From contig NW_021836133.1 in the NCBI RefSeq assembly GCF_006345805.1, positions 186,001-250,000 of the forward strand: a stretch of DNA of 64,000 nt, written 5' to 3'. This DNA is from Octopus sinensis (lineage: Eukaryota). Each line of letters starts with the position of its first letter. Positions within the stretch are counted from its first letter, which is position 1. The notes under the pieces are model-generated. The model was not told where the DNA came from and ran no database searches. It saw only the letters and a list, made by a program, of their open reading frames with translations. The position numbers were made by a program, and so were the translations under genes. Positions 50,309 to 62,999 of the stretch are shown here, in pieces.

Positions 50309-52235
50309 CAGTGTAAAACCTCTCGAATCCGCCACCTCTCGAATCCGCCGAATTTTTTCAAGAATACGAAATTTCCTATGAGATATTCCCGAATCCGCAA
50401 ATTTCTCGAATCCGCCGCGTTTTTAGAAATATATATTTTTTATTTTCTTAATTATTATTTTTTTAAATTCCAAAACACTTTTACACGAGACATTATCATT
50501 TAATTGTGTGGTTGGTCCTGTTAATTGTAATGAAACGTAATTGTACCAGATTTAAAATTCCGAAAAACAAAAATTATTAAATTTATCGATCAAAATCCAG
50601 GAATTTCGCTTACAAGAGTGTCCGCTATCTTTTCCGAAAGATTCAGACGCGTTATTTCAAGACGATCTTTAAACGACCTTAGGAGCAGAAGGAATGTATC
50701 TGCCTTGCTTTTTTCAGAATTATCTCGGAATCCATATTTAAAGTTCAATGAAATTGATGAAGATACTATGTCATGGATTGAAATGATGGAAACCAGAGGA
50801 GCATTTCTTAATGATTCGATTATTCTTACAAAGGCTGAAGACTTTGCGAAGAAACGTCAAATAACTGAGTTTAAAGCCAGTCGTGGATGGCTTGAAAAAT
50901 TTAAAAGAAGACATGGGTTAAAATTGAAGAAACTTTATGGAGAATCTTCTACAGAGAATTTCTCAAATTCTGAAGTTAATGATTTTCTCATTAATATAAG
51001 AGTAAAAATAAAATTATATGGTCGCGAAAATGTCTATAAAGCAGATGAGACAGGATTATTTTATAAAGCTCTTCCATGTAAAAGCATTTGCAAGATCAAG
51101 AGATATGGGCATAAATTATTGAAGGATCGAATATCGATAATGTTCTGTTCAAATATGACTGGTACCGATAAACTAACACCATTCATAATTGGAAAATTCA
51201 AAAATCCTAGATGCTCTAAAATTTTAGCTATCGAAGTTTTGTGACCTATCATAATTCAAAAAAAGCATGGATGGATTCTATGTTTTTCCTTATTAAACTG
51301 GGGGATTTGGCAAGCAGAAGAAGAAATGATCATTGGGAACGGACATGGCTTTTCTAACGCATAACAATAGCCATCTTGCGTGGGAATTGCCATTCCATCT
51401 TATCCTCTGCAGCTAATTAAATACTAAATAACAGATTCAAATATGATAATTTCGTTTTTAAAAAAAATATGTAAAAAAAAAATTTTAATAAGAAATTATA
51501 AATTTCTTTTAAGATGCCAATCTTTGGGAAAGACAGATTTTTGTTACGACGATTTATCAAATTGAAAAGCAAAAAGATATTAATAATATGTTAATTAATT
51601 TCTTCAAAAAACAATTTTTTTGGGTTTTAGTGGTGCATGAGTAGGCTTGAATGCCCACTTAATAGTCCAAGAAAGTTTGCCCTCAAATGCGAAAAAAGTT
51701 TTTTGATATACGATTATTCCCCCGAGTACTGCCCCCTTATCAACGGAACATGTATAGTCATCCCAATTAGTCGACAGTCGGTGACGAATTTGCCAATAAA
51801 TATTCCCGTCTTGTACGTACATTCAAATACCAGGGAGGAACATTGGTAACACGTGACTATTTACAAAATTCTAAGAGAATGAAGAGATCCTGGACAATTT
51901 GGATGAAAATGATGATGAGGACATTGATTGTGGAGAAAAAAAGAATGGACAAGTCGTTTTAGACCACGATGCTTTGAATGCTCTCCATACATTGAGGAAG
52001 TACTTCAAACAAAAGGATGAAACTAATTTAAATGTCTTCAATCACCTTGATGATGTTAGTAGAAACATCAAAATAACTATTAAAACTAAAATAACTGACT
52101 ATATTTAAAGAAATTAATGTCTTCATTTTTTAATTAGTCTATAAAATATTCAAATTTGTCTCTCGAATCCGCCAAACTCTCGAATCCGCCGTAATTTCCC
52201 AGGTCCAAATTTGGCGGATTCGAGAGGTTTTACTG
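50309..52235 (+). mobile_element. pogo/Tigger element with internal foreign fragments
   Basis: TIR core TAAAACCTCTCGAATCCGCCA at both ends, with repeated CTCGAATCCGCC subterminal motifs. ORF 50618-51244 has FKASRGWLEKFKRRH and ADETGLFY. A CRE-like stub (WLF*RITIAILRGNCHSI) lies at ~51300-51420. Confidence 0.85.
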
Positions 52236-52239
52236 TACC

Positions 52240-52853
52240 AAAATTTTACTCTTTGTGGTTTCATTAATAAAATGAAATTAACTGCCCATAGGTATCGCGT
52301 GGCCCATGTGACAAAATAATCGCATATGTGGGAGAAGCATGGAGTCGATTAATAACAACAACAATTGTCAATTGTTGGATGAAAATAAACGAACAGAGAA
52401 CATGTTTTCCTGAAATTAATTCAAAAAAAGAATCTGAATTAATTGATAAGCATGTTTTAGCTTTAATGGATCTTGAAATAAACGGAATTGAGGATAATGA
52501 TACTTTGTATAATGGAAATGATGAAATTGAAGAGTCCGACTTAAAAGAGTCAATGAGAATAATTAATGATCTTGAAACTTCCTTATTCAACACTTGCCCT
52601 GAAGGACTCAAAGAATACTATGAATTCAAGATAAAAATGTCGAAGATTCTAAGAAATAAATATAATATTGGATTCAAAATAACTGATTATTTTTCATAGA
52701 ATAAATTAATTCCTCTTTTTTAATACGAAAAAACATATTTTATTATTAAAAATACAGATATTTGCTTTTAAAAAGTAAAAATTATATATACCTCTACCTT
52801 AGGGGCACCCTCTATATTTGGGGCACTTTTCTATTGGGGCGGGGTCGTACTGT
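52240..52853 (+). mobile_element. 3' part of a pogo/Tigger element
   Basis: AWSRLITTTIVNCW and KITDYFS*. End TTGGGGCGGGGTCGTACTG followed by TA. Confidence 0.65.
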
Positions 52854-52891
52854 AATATGCTTAAACAAGCAATTATATGAGAATATTTTAT

Positions 52892-53836
52892 AAAATAAAT
52901 ATTTTTTAGATATAGAAAATGTATAAAAATAGGAGAAATCAATTAAAATGTTTCAGTCATTATTAATAATGTTTATAGAATGATTAAATTGAAGTGGGTG
53001 TTACCTCGATAGATAATTTGAAATCGGTGGAAGTGGAAAAATGCATAATACGACATTCTAGCCAGTGAATTACAATTAATTCACAAGGCTAAGGTAAAGA
53101 TTGTACCGATTGTCCTCACGTGGGATGGATAGTCTCTACATTCTTCAGAAAATATATGGACCTTCTTAAAATCAAAGAAAGTGTGCAAGCATACATCCAG
53201 ACTGTTGGTTGAAAAAAACAATGGAAAGCATGATAGTAGAACACAATTTGGCTTCGAAAATGTCTACCTCAGTAACTCATTTGACGAAGGACGGAAATCG
53301 GTGAAGAGACGGCGAGATTCTTAGTTTCCGCCGATGAAGGAAACAACTCCGAAGTGGGAACAGATAGCGGGAAGAGGATTCCGAGAGTAAACTTGGCGGA
53401 GCAAACTAATATGGAAAAGGAAAGTTAATTAGTTAATTAATTAAATTTCAAAATTGTGGACAATTTAAATAATATTATTTATAGAATGATTAAAAATACA
53501 TGATTCTTCAAACCAATAATTAATTATAAAATTAAAGGATCAAGGAACCAATAAACATAGAAATAATGAAAAAAACCATAAATAACAAGTAAAAACTATT
53601 CATCACAGAAAAATATAAAATAAATATTTTTAGATATAGAAAATGTATAAAATGGGAGAAATCAATTAAAATGTTTCAGTCATTATTAATAATGTTTATA
53701 GAATGATTAAAAATACGTGATTCTTCAAACCAATAATTAATTATAAAATTAAAGGATCAAGGAACCAATAAACATAGAAATAATGAAAAAAAACATAAAT
53801 AACAAGTAAAAACTATTCATCACAGAAAAATATAAA
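52892..53836. repeat. Tandem duplication of a ~218-bp AT-rich unit, first copy split by a retroelement stub
   Basis: 52892-52988 plus 53495-53616 repeats as 53617-53836. Confidence 0.8.
52989..53477 (+). mobile_element. 5'-truncated R4/Dong-like RLE retroelement stub with 17-bp TSD
   Basis: TTTATAGAATGATTAAA at 52972-52988 and 53478-53494. Encodes EVGVTSIDNLKSVEVEK..YDILASELQLIHKAKVKIVPIVLTWDG. Confidence 0.85.
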
Positions 53837-54235
53837 TACATCAACCACAAAAAGTAATGACAAACTACACGTCATATAATACGTTATTTTAGGAATTAAA
53901 TAAAATCTTAAAATTAAAAAAAAAATAAAATTATAATTTTAGTTATTTGCATTCAAATTACACTGTTTCAAATTATTTGTCATTGTCTCCTCATTATAAT
54001 AAACTTTGGAAAATAATCAGATAGATAGTGTGCTTCTATACTGAAACATCAATTCTCATTCTGATTAACAAGGTTACTTGATTATCTTTTAGCAGTTGTA
54101 CGAGGACAATGTTGCCAGATAAGCTATTTAAATTAAACGTGTTTATTTTATTTTTTAATTATTGATTTTTTTCAAATTGGCTCTAAAATTTTTATTTACC
54201 AAAAATGGCCAATTTGCAATGGTTCACTGTATCGA

Positions 54236-55650
54236 TATTTTTCATCCCTATCAAAAAATTGATTTTTGTGTATAAAGAATCAACATTGATCCCAAACTTT
54301 ATGAAGTTTATGTCTAATCCAGAATTTATATGTGAGGTACAGAAAAGTCTTCGAGCTAACTTGAGTTATCAAACATGCTCCAATTATTCTCATACGATAT
54401 TTGACCGCACTATACAATGCAAACTGACGTACCGGACTCTTGGAAAAAGTATGACGTATGATTCCAAAGCCTGGAAAAATGAAGGACCATGCAGAGAACT
54501 ATCGGTCAATAAGCCTAATATGCTCCGTCTCTAAAATTATGGAACGGATTGTCTTCACAAGGCTTTCGAACTTCGTAGAGGAATCAGGTACACTTGCAGC
54601 GGAGCAGTGAGGATTCCGACGAAAAGATCCTACGGGAATTGTTCTATATGGCTACATACAAGTCCTCATCTATATGGCTTGGAAATGGAAATAACTCATC
54701 GCGCAATGAAGGATTGGCATGTTTTCTTCAGGATCGGAATATTTTCTTTTCCAGCAAAGAACTGGTCTCAAGGTGCCCTCATTGTAAAGCGGCGAAGAAA
54801 ACAGTGGATCATCTGGCCACTAGATGTGAACGTATGCTGTATCTTGACTACACGATACGTCATAATGAAGTTTACGCTGTTTGCATTTCCATTTTTGTCG
54901 TCTTTATGGATTGAAGAATCAGAAAAGGTTGAAGACACATTCGGTGCAGGAGGTTATATCGAATGAAAGAGTTGAGGTACGGGTGGATACTCGAATCGAG
55001 ACTGATTCTACCGTTCGTTATAACAAACCTGATTTATTGGTATATGATAAAAAAGAGAACGTAATTTGGATTGTGGTGTGGGAATTACTTTTTAAGATAA
55101 TTTACAGCGAGTAGAACTTGAAAAGTTAAGAAAATATGATTTGCTTGCTAATGAATTATCCCTGATCCACAAGGCCAAAGCGAATATAATTCCTGTTGTC
55201 CTTACATGGGATGGCATTGTGTCTAAATATTAAAAAAATATTTGGAGTCGATCAGAGTGAGGGAACATCTGATTGCTTATATGCAATCAATTGTGCTTAA
55301 GCGTACGATGGAGAGCACAGTGCTGGACTTTCGGAGAGGTCTTTCGCAAATAGATTATGAAGCCCGGGTTGAGGAGGTACTTTCAAAATACGAGAAAGCT
55401 AACGGGATCGGTGACCGAGAGATCGCGGTGCGTCGACTCTTCGAGGATGCCTACCATGTTCCTTTTCTGGATGGTTCGAAACGAGTTAAAATTGACGGAA
55501 GTGTGGGCCCTGGGATGATAGATCTGGAAGATAGTGGAGCTCGTAAAGTGGACTCCGAAGGCTGAAGGGTCTTATAAGTAATTATTTGTTAACATTTGTT
55601 TTGTTTCAAGCGTGTCTATACATCAATATTAACAATTAGTTAAATATTTT
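54236..55650 (+). mobile_element. R4/Dong-like RLE retroelement, 3' portion, frameshifted
   Basis: LQDRN, CPHC..TVDHLATRC..RHNEV, YNKPDLLVYD, KYDLLANEL, VLTWDG. Confidence 0.85.
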
Positions 55651-55689
55651 AGAGAAATATTCTATTTTTTAATTTATAAAAAAAGCGTG

Positions 55690-56662
55690 GAACTATGCGT
55701 ATTGTGAAGCTCAGCAAAGAAATTCTTGAAAAAAAAATCAGAGAAAACCAAGAAGAAAACACATTAGACGACAGTCCCAGCAGAAAACAACGATTTAGGC
55801 TAAAGCAGCTTGCGAAAAACATATGCTTTGAAAATGGAAATGTATTCTTTATTAAGAATTCAACCAAATTGTGATTTTTCGCAGAGGATGACATTGAGTT
55901 GAAGCTTAAATGCATTGAGGTATTGGATTAATTAACATTAATTAGGCGGAACATAATTATAATCATTTTGGTAGTCGTAGGCCTAGAGATAGATATATAG
56001 CAGATCTCATTGATCTTCGCAGATATCCTGAAATTAACGATAAATTCTCTTGGGTATTTGAGATGAGATATTTAATATAAAGATTCTTGTAATCGTTGAT
56101 TCCTTCTCGAAATATGTAGTTTTCGAATTATCAAAGTCGAAATCTGCGGTAGAAATAGCTAACCTATTCCAAAATATTTTTTATTACATCGGACCACCAA
56201 TCATCCTCCAAACAGACAATGGAAAAGAATTCTGTAATTCGTTAATTGACGAAGTCTGTGAAAAATATTCGATCAAGCATGTGCGTGGTAAAGCACGAGC
56301 GCCCTGGATACAAGGGCAAGTAGAGAGGTTGCCTGATGGTTTTAATTTTTAAGATTCAACCAAAGCATAAAACGTTGGATATCTTCGACGGGAGAAGATG
56401 ATACGAAATGATAGACGGGAGAAGATGGAAATATGATGAAGATTCCATAAAAGTCAAAGCTACAGTATTACTAAGGTATTAATTTTTTAATATATTTCCA
56501 AGACAAGACAATGATGCCAATATTCGAAGGTTCCCATTATACGATGGATTATCAAACAACAAATATGTTGTGGTAGATCAACAAAATGACATGTACTTGA
56601 TCGAAGATGAGAATGGTGAAAAAACTAACGTACATATATCAAGAATTACAAAAATTGACTAA
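55690..56662 (+). mobile_element. Ginger/KRBA2-like integrase transposase with tiny introns, partly deleted
   Basis: After splicing: RYIADLIDL..W|ILVIVDSFSKY..GPPIILQTDNGKEFCN..IKHVRGKARAPWIQGQVER|FNQSIK, a recognisable D,D(35)E core. TIRs not found. Confidence 0.8.
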
Positions 56663-56754
56663 CGATTTTGTTTAAATGTGCAAAATATATTGCAAATGAA
56701 TACATAGGATCATTTAGGAACAAATTCAAGTTTTCCATCAATGTTTATTTTCTA

Positions 56755-57918
56755 GAGAACAATAACCGATGAAACTCAAATTCGAAACAAACGTTATGTC
56801 GCCGTTTTGATGGGATCAATAAAACTCCCTACAATTACTTATTTGGTCTCATTCAAGCCAATCGAATCCGCGCCAACAAAAAATATCATAGCACAGATCG
56901 TTGATGATTCCATTCGAAACCTTATGGTTGAACGGGATAATTTTATGCTTCTCATTTCCGATGCTGCACGGTATATGACATCCGGTATTGTTTTAATTAA
57001 TTGATGATTTAGCCGGGAAAATTTTAAAAAATTTATATCCCAATCTTTTTCATGTTAATTGCGTCACCCATATTTTGCATAATTGTTCAATGGAGGTCAG
57101 AAAATCTTATCAGAAGTTGATGATGTGATAGCTAGCGTGCAAGCTTCTGTCAGGAAGAACCACAAGCGAAAATTGTTGTTTTACGAAATTGGAATTCCTC
57201 CGAAAGTTGTGTTGACGAGATGGGGCACCTGGTTAAAGGCTGCATCTTTTTATTCAAGAAATTTAATCTCAGTGATTAACATTTTTGATTTGATTGAGGA
57301 CAAAGGAATACTAGTGACTGCCACCAAAAATGCATTGAAAATTGAAAAGCTAGTAAAACGCTTATGTGCAATTTCGCATAACTATTCACATATTCCAGGT
57401 TTTTCATATAGTAATTAATCTCATAGAGAAAATATTACAACTTGATAGTAACAAATGTACAATAGAATTTGCATATTCAACGTTAAGTACACTTGACTTC
57501 GGGTAGGATGAAGCAGGGATCAAAAAATATTTAGAGAAGAGAATTTTAGAGAGCGATATGACTAAAATTATTAATATGGATAATAAAAATATCTCTCCGG
57601 AAGATTATTCGTTACTTCAAAACTGTCAACCATCCTCGGCACCTATCGAACGATGCTTTTCGCAATTTAGGAGTTTTATGAGGTCAAACAGAAACTTTTC
57701 TACACAAAATTCGGAAAATTATGTTATGTCCATTTTCAATAAATAGTCTTTAAAGTATTTTATTGTTTCTTATTTATACTTTACAGGTTTTACCTGAGAA
57801 TAAATAAAGTTAAATTTTTTTAATTTTAAGGTTAAAAATTTTGGTTTATAGGTTAATAAAGTTAACTTTTAAGGTTAAATTTTTCAATTTTTAAGGTTAC
57901 AAAAATGTTGGCCCTAGT
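56755..57918 (+). mobile_element. hAT-like transposase remnant with introns and right end
   Basis: DET, LLISDAARYM, HVNCVTHILHNC, VLTRWGTWL and SAPIERCFS. Subterminal AAGGTTA repeats, ending GGCCCTA. Confidence 0.75.
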
Positions 57919-58079
57919 TATAACATATCTGTCCATTCAGTTTCTAACGAAAGTCCTTTTAAAAGATATCGAGAAATAAAGGGAATAAATTCAATAATCC
58001 ATGGTTATACATATATCTTATGTCTTTGATAATTTAAGTGATGAGTGTGTGACTTTGGAAGAAATGGATTCCTTCAAAA

Positions 58080-58626
58080 AGTGTTTGTCAGAAAAATCGC
58101 CCCGGGCAAAAAATGCTAAAAGACCGGTTTATTGTATTTCTTATATTTTAGATTTTCTTTGTTGCTGTGTGCAAATATGACGGGGACAGATAAAAAAAGT
58201 CCATTGATGATTGGAAAATTTAAGAAACCTGGATGCTTTAAGAATTTTAATGTGGAAAAATATATTGATTATAGACATTCTGAAAGGTCGTGGATGACTA
58301 GCAAAATTTCCAACGAATGGCTTCTTTCATGGGATCGTGATCTTCAAAAAAAATTCTGGTTGTTGTGGATCGATGCCCTTCACATGAAATTTACTCGAAT
58401 TTAGTATCAATTGAACTGCTATACCTTCCTGCAAAAACGACCACAATTTTACAACCCATGGATCAGGGAATCATCCGCTCATTTAAAGCGAACTTTAACA
58501 AAATTAAATTTGATGCGATGTTAGAGAAAATTGCCAATGAAACTGATCCTGTCGATTCACACAAGAAGCTGAATTTAAAAGACGGTCTTTGTTTACGTAT
58601 TTTGGATGGAAAAATGTTACTCTGAG
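58080..58626 (+). mobile_element. pogo/Tigger transposase fragment with an intron
   Basis: KDR|FSLLLCANMTGTDK..IGKFKKPGCFK, DRCPSH, YLPAKTTTILQPMDQGII. Confidence 0.8.
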
Positions 58627-60445
58627 ATCATCCGTTCGGAGACCGGCGTGCAATAGGGTGATCCGCTAGGGCCACTCCTCTTCGCGATGACAATCGATGA
58701 GGCAGCTCGACTTGCTGTCTCTCCGCTCTTACTCTTTCCAGCATCGGGACGTGACTAGACGATGCCGTCTCGATCTGGATGTTTGCGCAAAACACCGCTG
58801 CAGATTCGGTGAGGACGTTTACAAAAAGGGACTGCACCCACTTTCCTGCAAGAGGAGCGCAGGCAGGGAACACAGACACAAGGCCTCAATGAAATCTTGA
58901 AAGCTAATCTCAAATCAGCGGGCCATTCGTGCCTCCTCGAACCGGTCGGACTCGATCGGGGAGATGGCAAAAGGCCTGACGGGATGACAATATTCCCTTA
59001 CTCGTCGGGGACGCTGACGACATTATTATTGCCTCAAAACACGAAGACTACAAAGCTGCCTCCTTCAACCTTCAGCAACAACTCCACTCCGTTGAGAATT
59101 GGCTCAGAGAAAACAGGCTCGAGGCCTCGTCCTCGGTCACCCTATTATCTTCCGACAGAAGACAATCAAACATACATCCCAACCTATCTCTCTTTGGCTC
59201 TGTTCTCCCACTATCAAAACACCCCACTGTTCTCGGACTAACCTTCGACCTAACGATGTCCTTCAATAAACATGTCTCGAAGATCTCTGACAAGGCTAAC
59301 AGGCGTACAAATATTTTGAACGCAATAAGTGGTCGCATCACTGGTGCGCAGAAACCACTTCTCAAACGTGTGTATAAACAATACATTCGCCCTGTCCTAA
59401 GCTACGCGAGTCCGAGTTGGGCTCCCTGTCTTTCTATGAGCTCCTCTGTGGCTCTCCAATCAATTCAAAACAAAGCCATGCGCATCATATCCGGGTGCCT
59501 GAAATCAACACCCATCGACCATCTGCACTGTGAAACCAACCTCCTCCCGATAGAGGAACATCTAAACATGAGAGGAGCACAATTCCTATTCGCTTCGCGA
59601 AAACTCTACCACCCTTGCACTGCCCTAAACACGCTAAATGACAACGGCCGTGCATTGAAGAACACGCCTGCCAAACTATACTCCCGGGTACTTGCCAAAA
59701 TCAATGGCCTAAACCAATGTTCACAGCCAAAGAAAAAAATCCACGACTTCATTTCAACGTCGTCCATTCTAAGGCTGAAGCCTAACTCTGTCCTCAACAA
59801 ACTTCCTCCGGAAGTTCACCCCTCCGAAATGCTTCTGGAGCGTTCCGCTCAGATCAACCTTGCTCGTTTCCGCTCGGGCCACCACCACTCACTAAACTCC
59901 TACGCTCACTCATTGAACGTCGTGATCTCCCCGGTATGCAACCTCTGCTGTGCCGAAGATCACTCAACTGATCACCTTTTCCGCTGCCCTGTTCTCCTCC
60001 CTGTCCGCAGGAAATTTGCTGTCCACTCCCCCGAGGTCCTTTGGGAGCAACCCGCGAAGGCGCTGTTGTTTCTGCTAGCCGCCGGTCTCATACCCTAATG
60101 TGAGACCGGGGTTATGCAACAACAACAACAACTCGTCGGGGAAGGCCCTCGTATGGGATGTTACCGTTGTGGTACCTTTTCAAAATCGAGGATCCATTCT
60201 TCCGCCGCAAACCCTTGTTCGGCTGCAAACCACGCCGAAAGGATCAAAATACAAAAATATTCTTCGCTCGCGGACCGCTACCGCGTTACGGCAATCACCC
60301 TGGAGACCGCTGGAGCTGCGGGAAAGGAGACTGACTCGTTCCTCAACGAGGTCGGGCAGTCCATTGGGAGAAAAGTCAAGGACACGAGAGAGGGCCTCTG
60401 GTTCCGCCAGCGCATCGGTCTGGCCATTGTTCGGGGCCAATCGAC
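58627..60445 (+). mobile_element. Internally deleted CRE-like RLE retroelement, split by a younger LINE
   Basis: GVQ*GDPLGPLLF, HPLSCKRSAGR..H and GDGKRPDGMTIFPYSSG, resuming after the insertion as GKALVWDVT..LETAG..WFRQRIGLAIVRG. Confidence 0.88.
59012..60130 (+). mobile_element. 5'-truncated I/Jockey-group LINE with a (CAA)n tail
   Basis: TSD ACTCGTCGGGGA (59000-59011, 60131-60142). Open frame from ADD at 59013 to the stop at 60098, with LGLTFD, YIRPVLSYASPSW, LARFRSGH and a CxxC..H..C knuckle. Tail CAACAACAACAACA. Confidence 0.93.
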
Positions 60446-60669
60446 CAATTTTACTATAAAAAACCATTCGATTATTTGAAAACATTGGATTTTAAAGAAG
60501 ACGTGTGTGGAATAAAAAATTATATTATCAAAAGGATGAATTCCAATGATATCACAAAAATTATGAATTTCGATGATCATTCCATTTCTCCTTTAGATTA
60601 TTCTTTGTTGATTGAATGTCAGGCAACATCGTGCGCAGTAGAACGATCATTTTCGATTCTGAGAAAGTA

Positions 60670-62260
60670 AAATCAATCCCACGTGATTTACGAAAGCCAA
60701 CAAGAAAACGCCTTATCAGTTACTAAAGAATGAAATTTTTAATGGGATTAATTCAGCAATCTGGGAATTTTCCAAATCCAATTATCCAAAAAATTTAGAT
60801 GACATTACAGATTTTGTATATGTGGGGCAATTAACTTATGAATACCTGACAATGTCGACTCGAAGAAAAAGCAACTGGAGTGAGCGCATTAATGAAAAAC
60901 TGATTAATCTGAATACGAAGTTGGATCAAATTAATTCATTCGACTTACAGAAAAATACCAAAAATTTGATGATGAGATTAGAGAAACTCTTGAGTACAGA
61001 TACAAAAAGTCTAAGAAGGGAGAATTTGAAAGAATTTCGTCTTACATTCAGGATGAAATAAAAATTTTGAAAAAAACTCAGAATCCACGAGTCAAGAAAG
61101 GAGTTCAGAAAACAAAATTGGTGTTTTGAACTTAACAGAAGATATTTTTACAGAAATTTGAGTGGGGATAAGAAAAATGTTAAATTCGAATTTGACGAGG
61201 ATGATTGTTTATCTTTTTGGAAAGAAGTATGGAAAGAACGTGAAAGGAATGAAGAAACATTTACGTTAAATAACAGATCTACTGGTGCTGAAGCCACACA
61301 TGCAGATTTCACTAAAGAATTCATTATCGATGTGATTAATGTATCACCAAACTGGAGAGCAGCTGGGTGTGATGGAGTATATAATTTCTTTATAAAGAAA
61401 TTTACTTTATAAAGAGATTTATATAGTCTGTTATGCAACGTGCTACTATCTCGATGTGTGCTCTACCTGAACAAGAAGAAACTAACTTTTTAATGGTCAA
61501 CGGAAACAGTGTAACCACTGTAAGAGTAAGGCAATGACCGTTGACCATTTAGCCACGAAGTGCGGGAGTATGCTTTACCATGATTACACATGGAGGCATA
61601 ACGAGGTGGTGAGGTCCCTCAATCTTCTGCTCTGCAATAAGTATGGCTTTAGGCGGTCCAGAAAGTTGCGAACCCATCGAGTTCAATCGGTGTGTGAGAA
61701 CTCGCGGGTGTGCATTAAGGTGGATACCCCCACACGCACCTCGATTGTTGTCCAGCACAACAGACCCGACATTGTGGTCCACGATAAGGTCGCCGGGGAG
61801 ATTGTTATCGTGGAGGTGGGCATCACGTGCCCAGACCGTTTGCAGATAGTGGAAGTGGAGAAAAGGAGGAAGTATGACCTCCTTGCAAACGAACTAGGAC
61901 TGATGCACCAGTGCAAAGTCCATGTCATCCCGTGTGTGATGACATGGGATGGACTGGTCACCAAATACCACAAGCGGTAATTAAGACAGTTGAATGTAGA
62001 TAAGTCTCTACAGGCTTATATACAGTCAACTGTTCTTAAGAGGACTCTGGAAAGTGTCTCGTTTGATGCTCGCCGATCCAGCCCTTTCCAGACGTTTAGT
62101 CAGCGAGAAGCGCTGGACTGCACCTTCTCGAAGGTCTACAGTGCCAGAGAAGAGGAGGAAGAAGGGGAGGAGGTGCGGGGAGTGCCACCTTCTGCTCACT
62201 TCGAAGGCTCTGGACTTAGTTAGTAAAATTACTTAGTTAATTAGTTTCTTTTTTAATAAA
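60670..62260 (+). mobile_element. R4/Dong-like RLE retroelement with the RT core deleted
   Basis: FWKEVW and NWRAAGCDGVYNFFIKK joined almost directly to TVDHLATKC..RHNEVV..HNRPDIVV..EVGIT..KYDLLANEL..TWDG. Confidence 0.85.
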
Positions 62261-62448
62261 GGTCTCTGGAGATAAAGAGATTTATCACCAAATAAGTGTG
62301 TGTCCTCAACATCGCCAATGGCTGTCAGTACCTCGAAAATAAAGAGGCGAGCTTGCCTACCTGCATCACTTTGCGAATAGAGAATATAGCGACCAGAAGG
62401 AGAAGTTTAAATAATTAAAAAATACTAGAAACAGATCAAAATATTAGA

Positions 62449-62987
62449 AAAAATCAGAATAGTAAAAAAAATCAAAATAATAGAAAAATCAAAATAAACA
62501 ATAAAATACTAGAAAGAAGTAAATTGAAAAAAGTTTGTATGAGTGCATATTAATTAAATGATAAAATGAATACAAATTCACTTGCAAAATATACTTTATG
62601 CAAGATATTTTACCAGCAATCAATTTAATTAATAGTCAAACAAATAAAAAAACAAAAAATTATAAAATTAAAACATAAAAGCACGAAAAAATAAAATAAG
62701 AATTAACTGCATACATTCACAACAAAAGAAAATAATATAACGTGCGTAATAATTTATTGTAGTTAATTCGATAAATTAAAAACATTTAAAAAATAAAATA
62801 AATAACATTTAATGTCATCAATCTGTATTATTTCAGCTCGTCAATTGTAAGGGCAAAAAGAAATTGTTCAACAAGGATCCTTTTCTGTAAACCTGCCACT
62901 AAAAAGACGATTTTGTCTCCAAAAAACAAGTTTGTTGAGCCATAGGAAAAATGCTGGAATTTCCACATCCTTAGATACAAAATTGAT
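62449..62987. repeat. Dispersed ~540-bp A-rich repeat, copy 2
   Basis: Matches 49769-50303. Confidence 0.88.
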
Positions 62988-62999
62988 GTATATATATAT

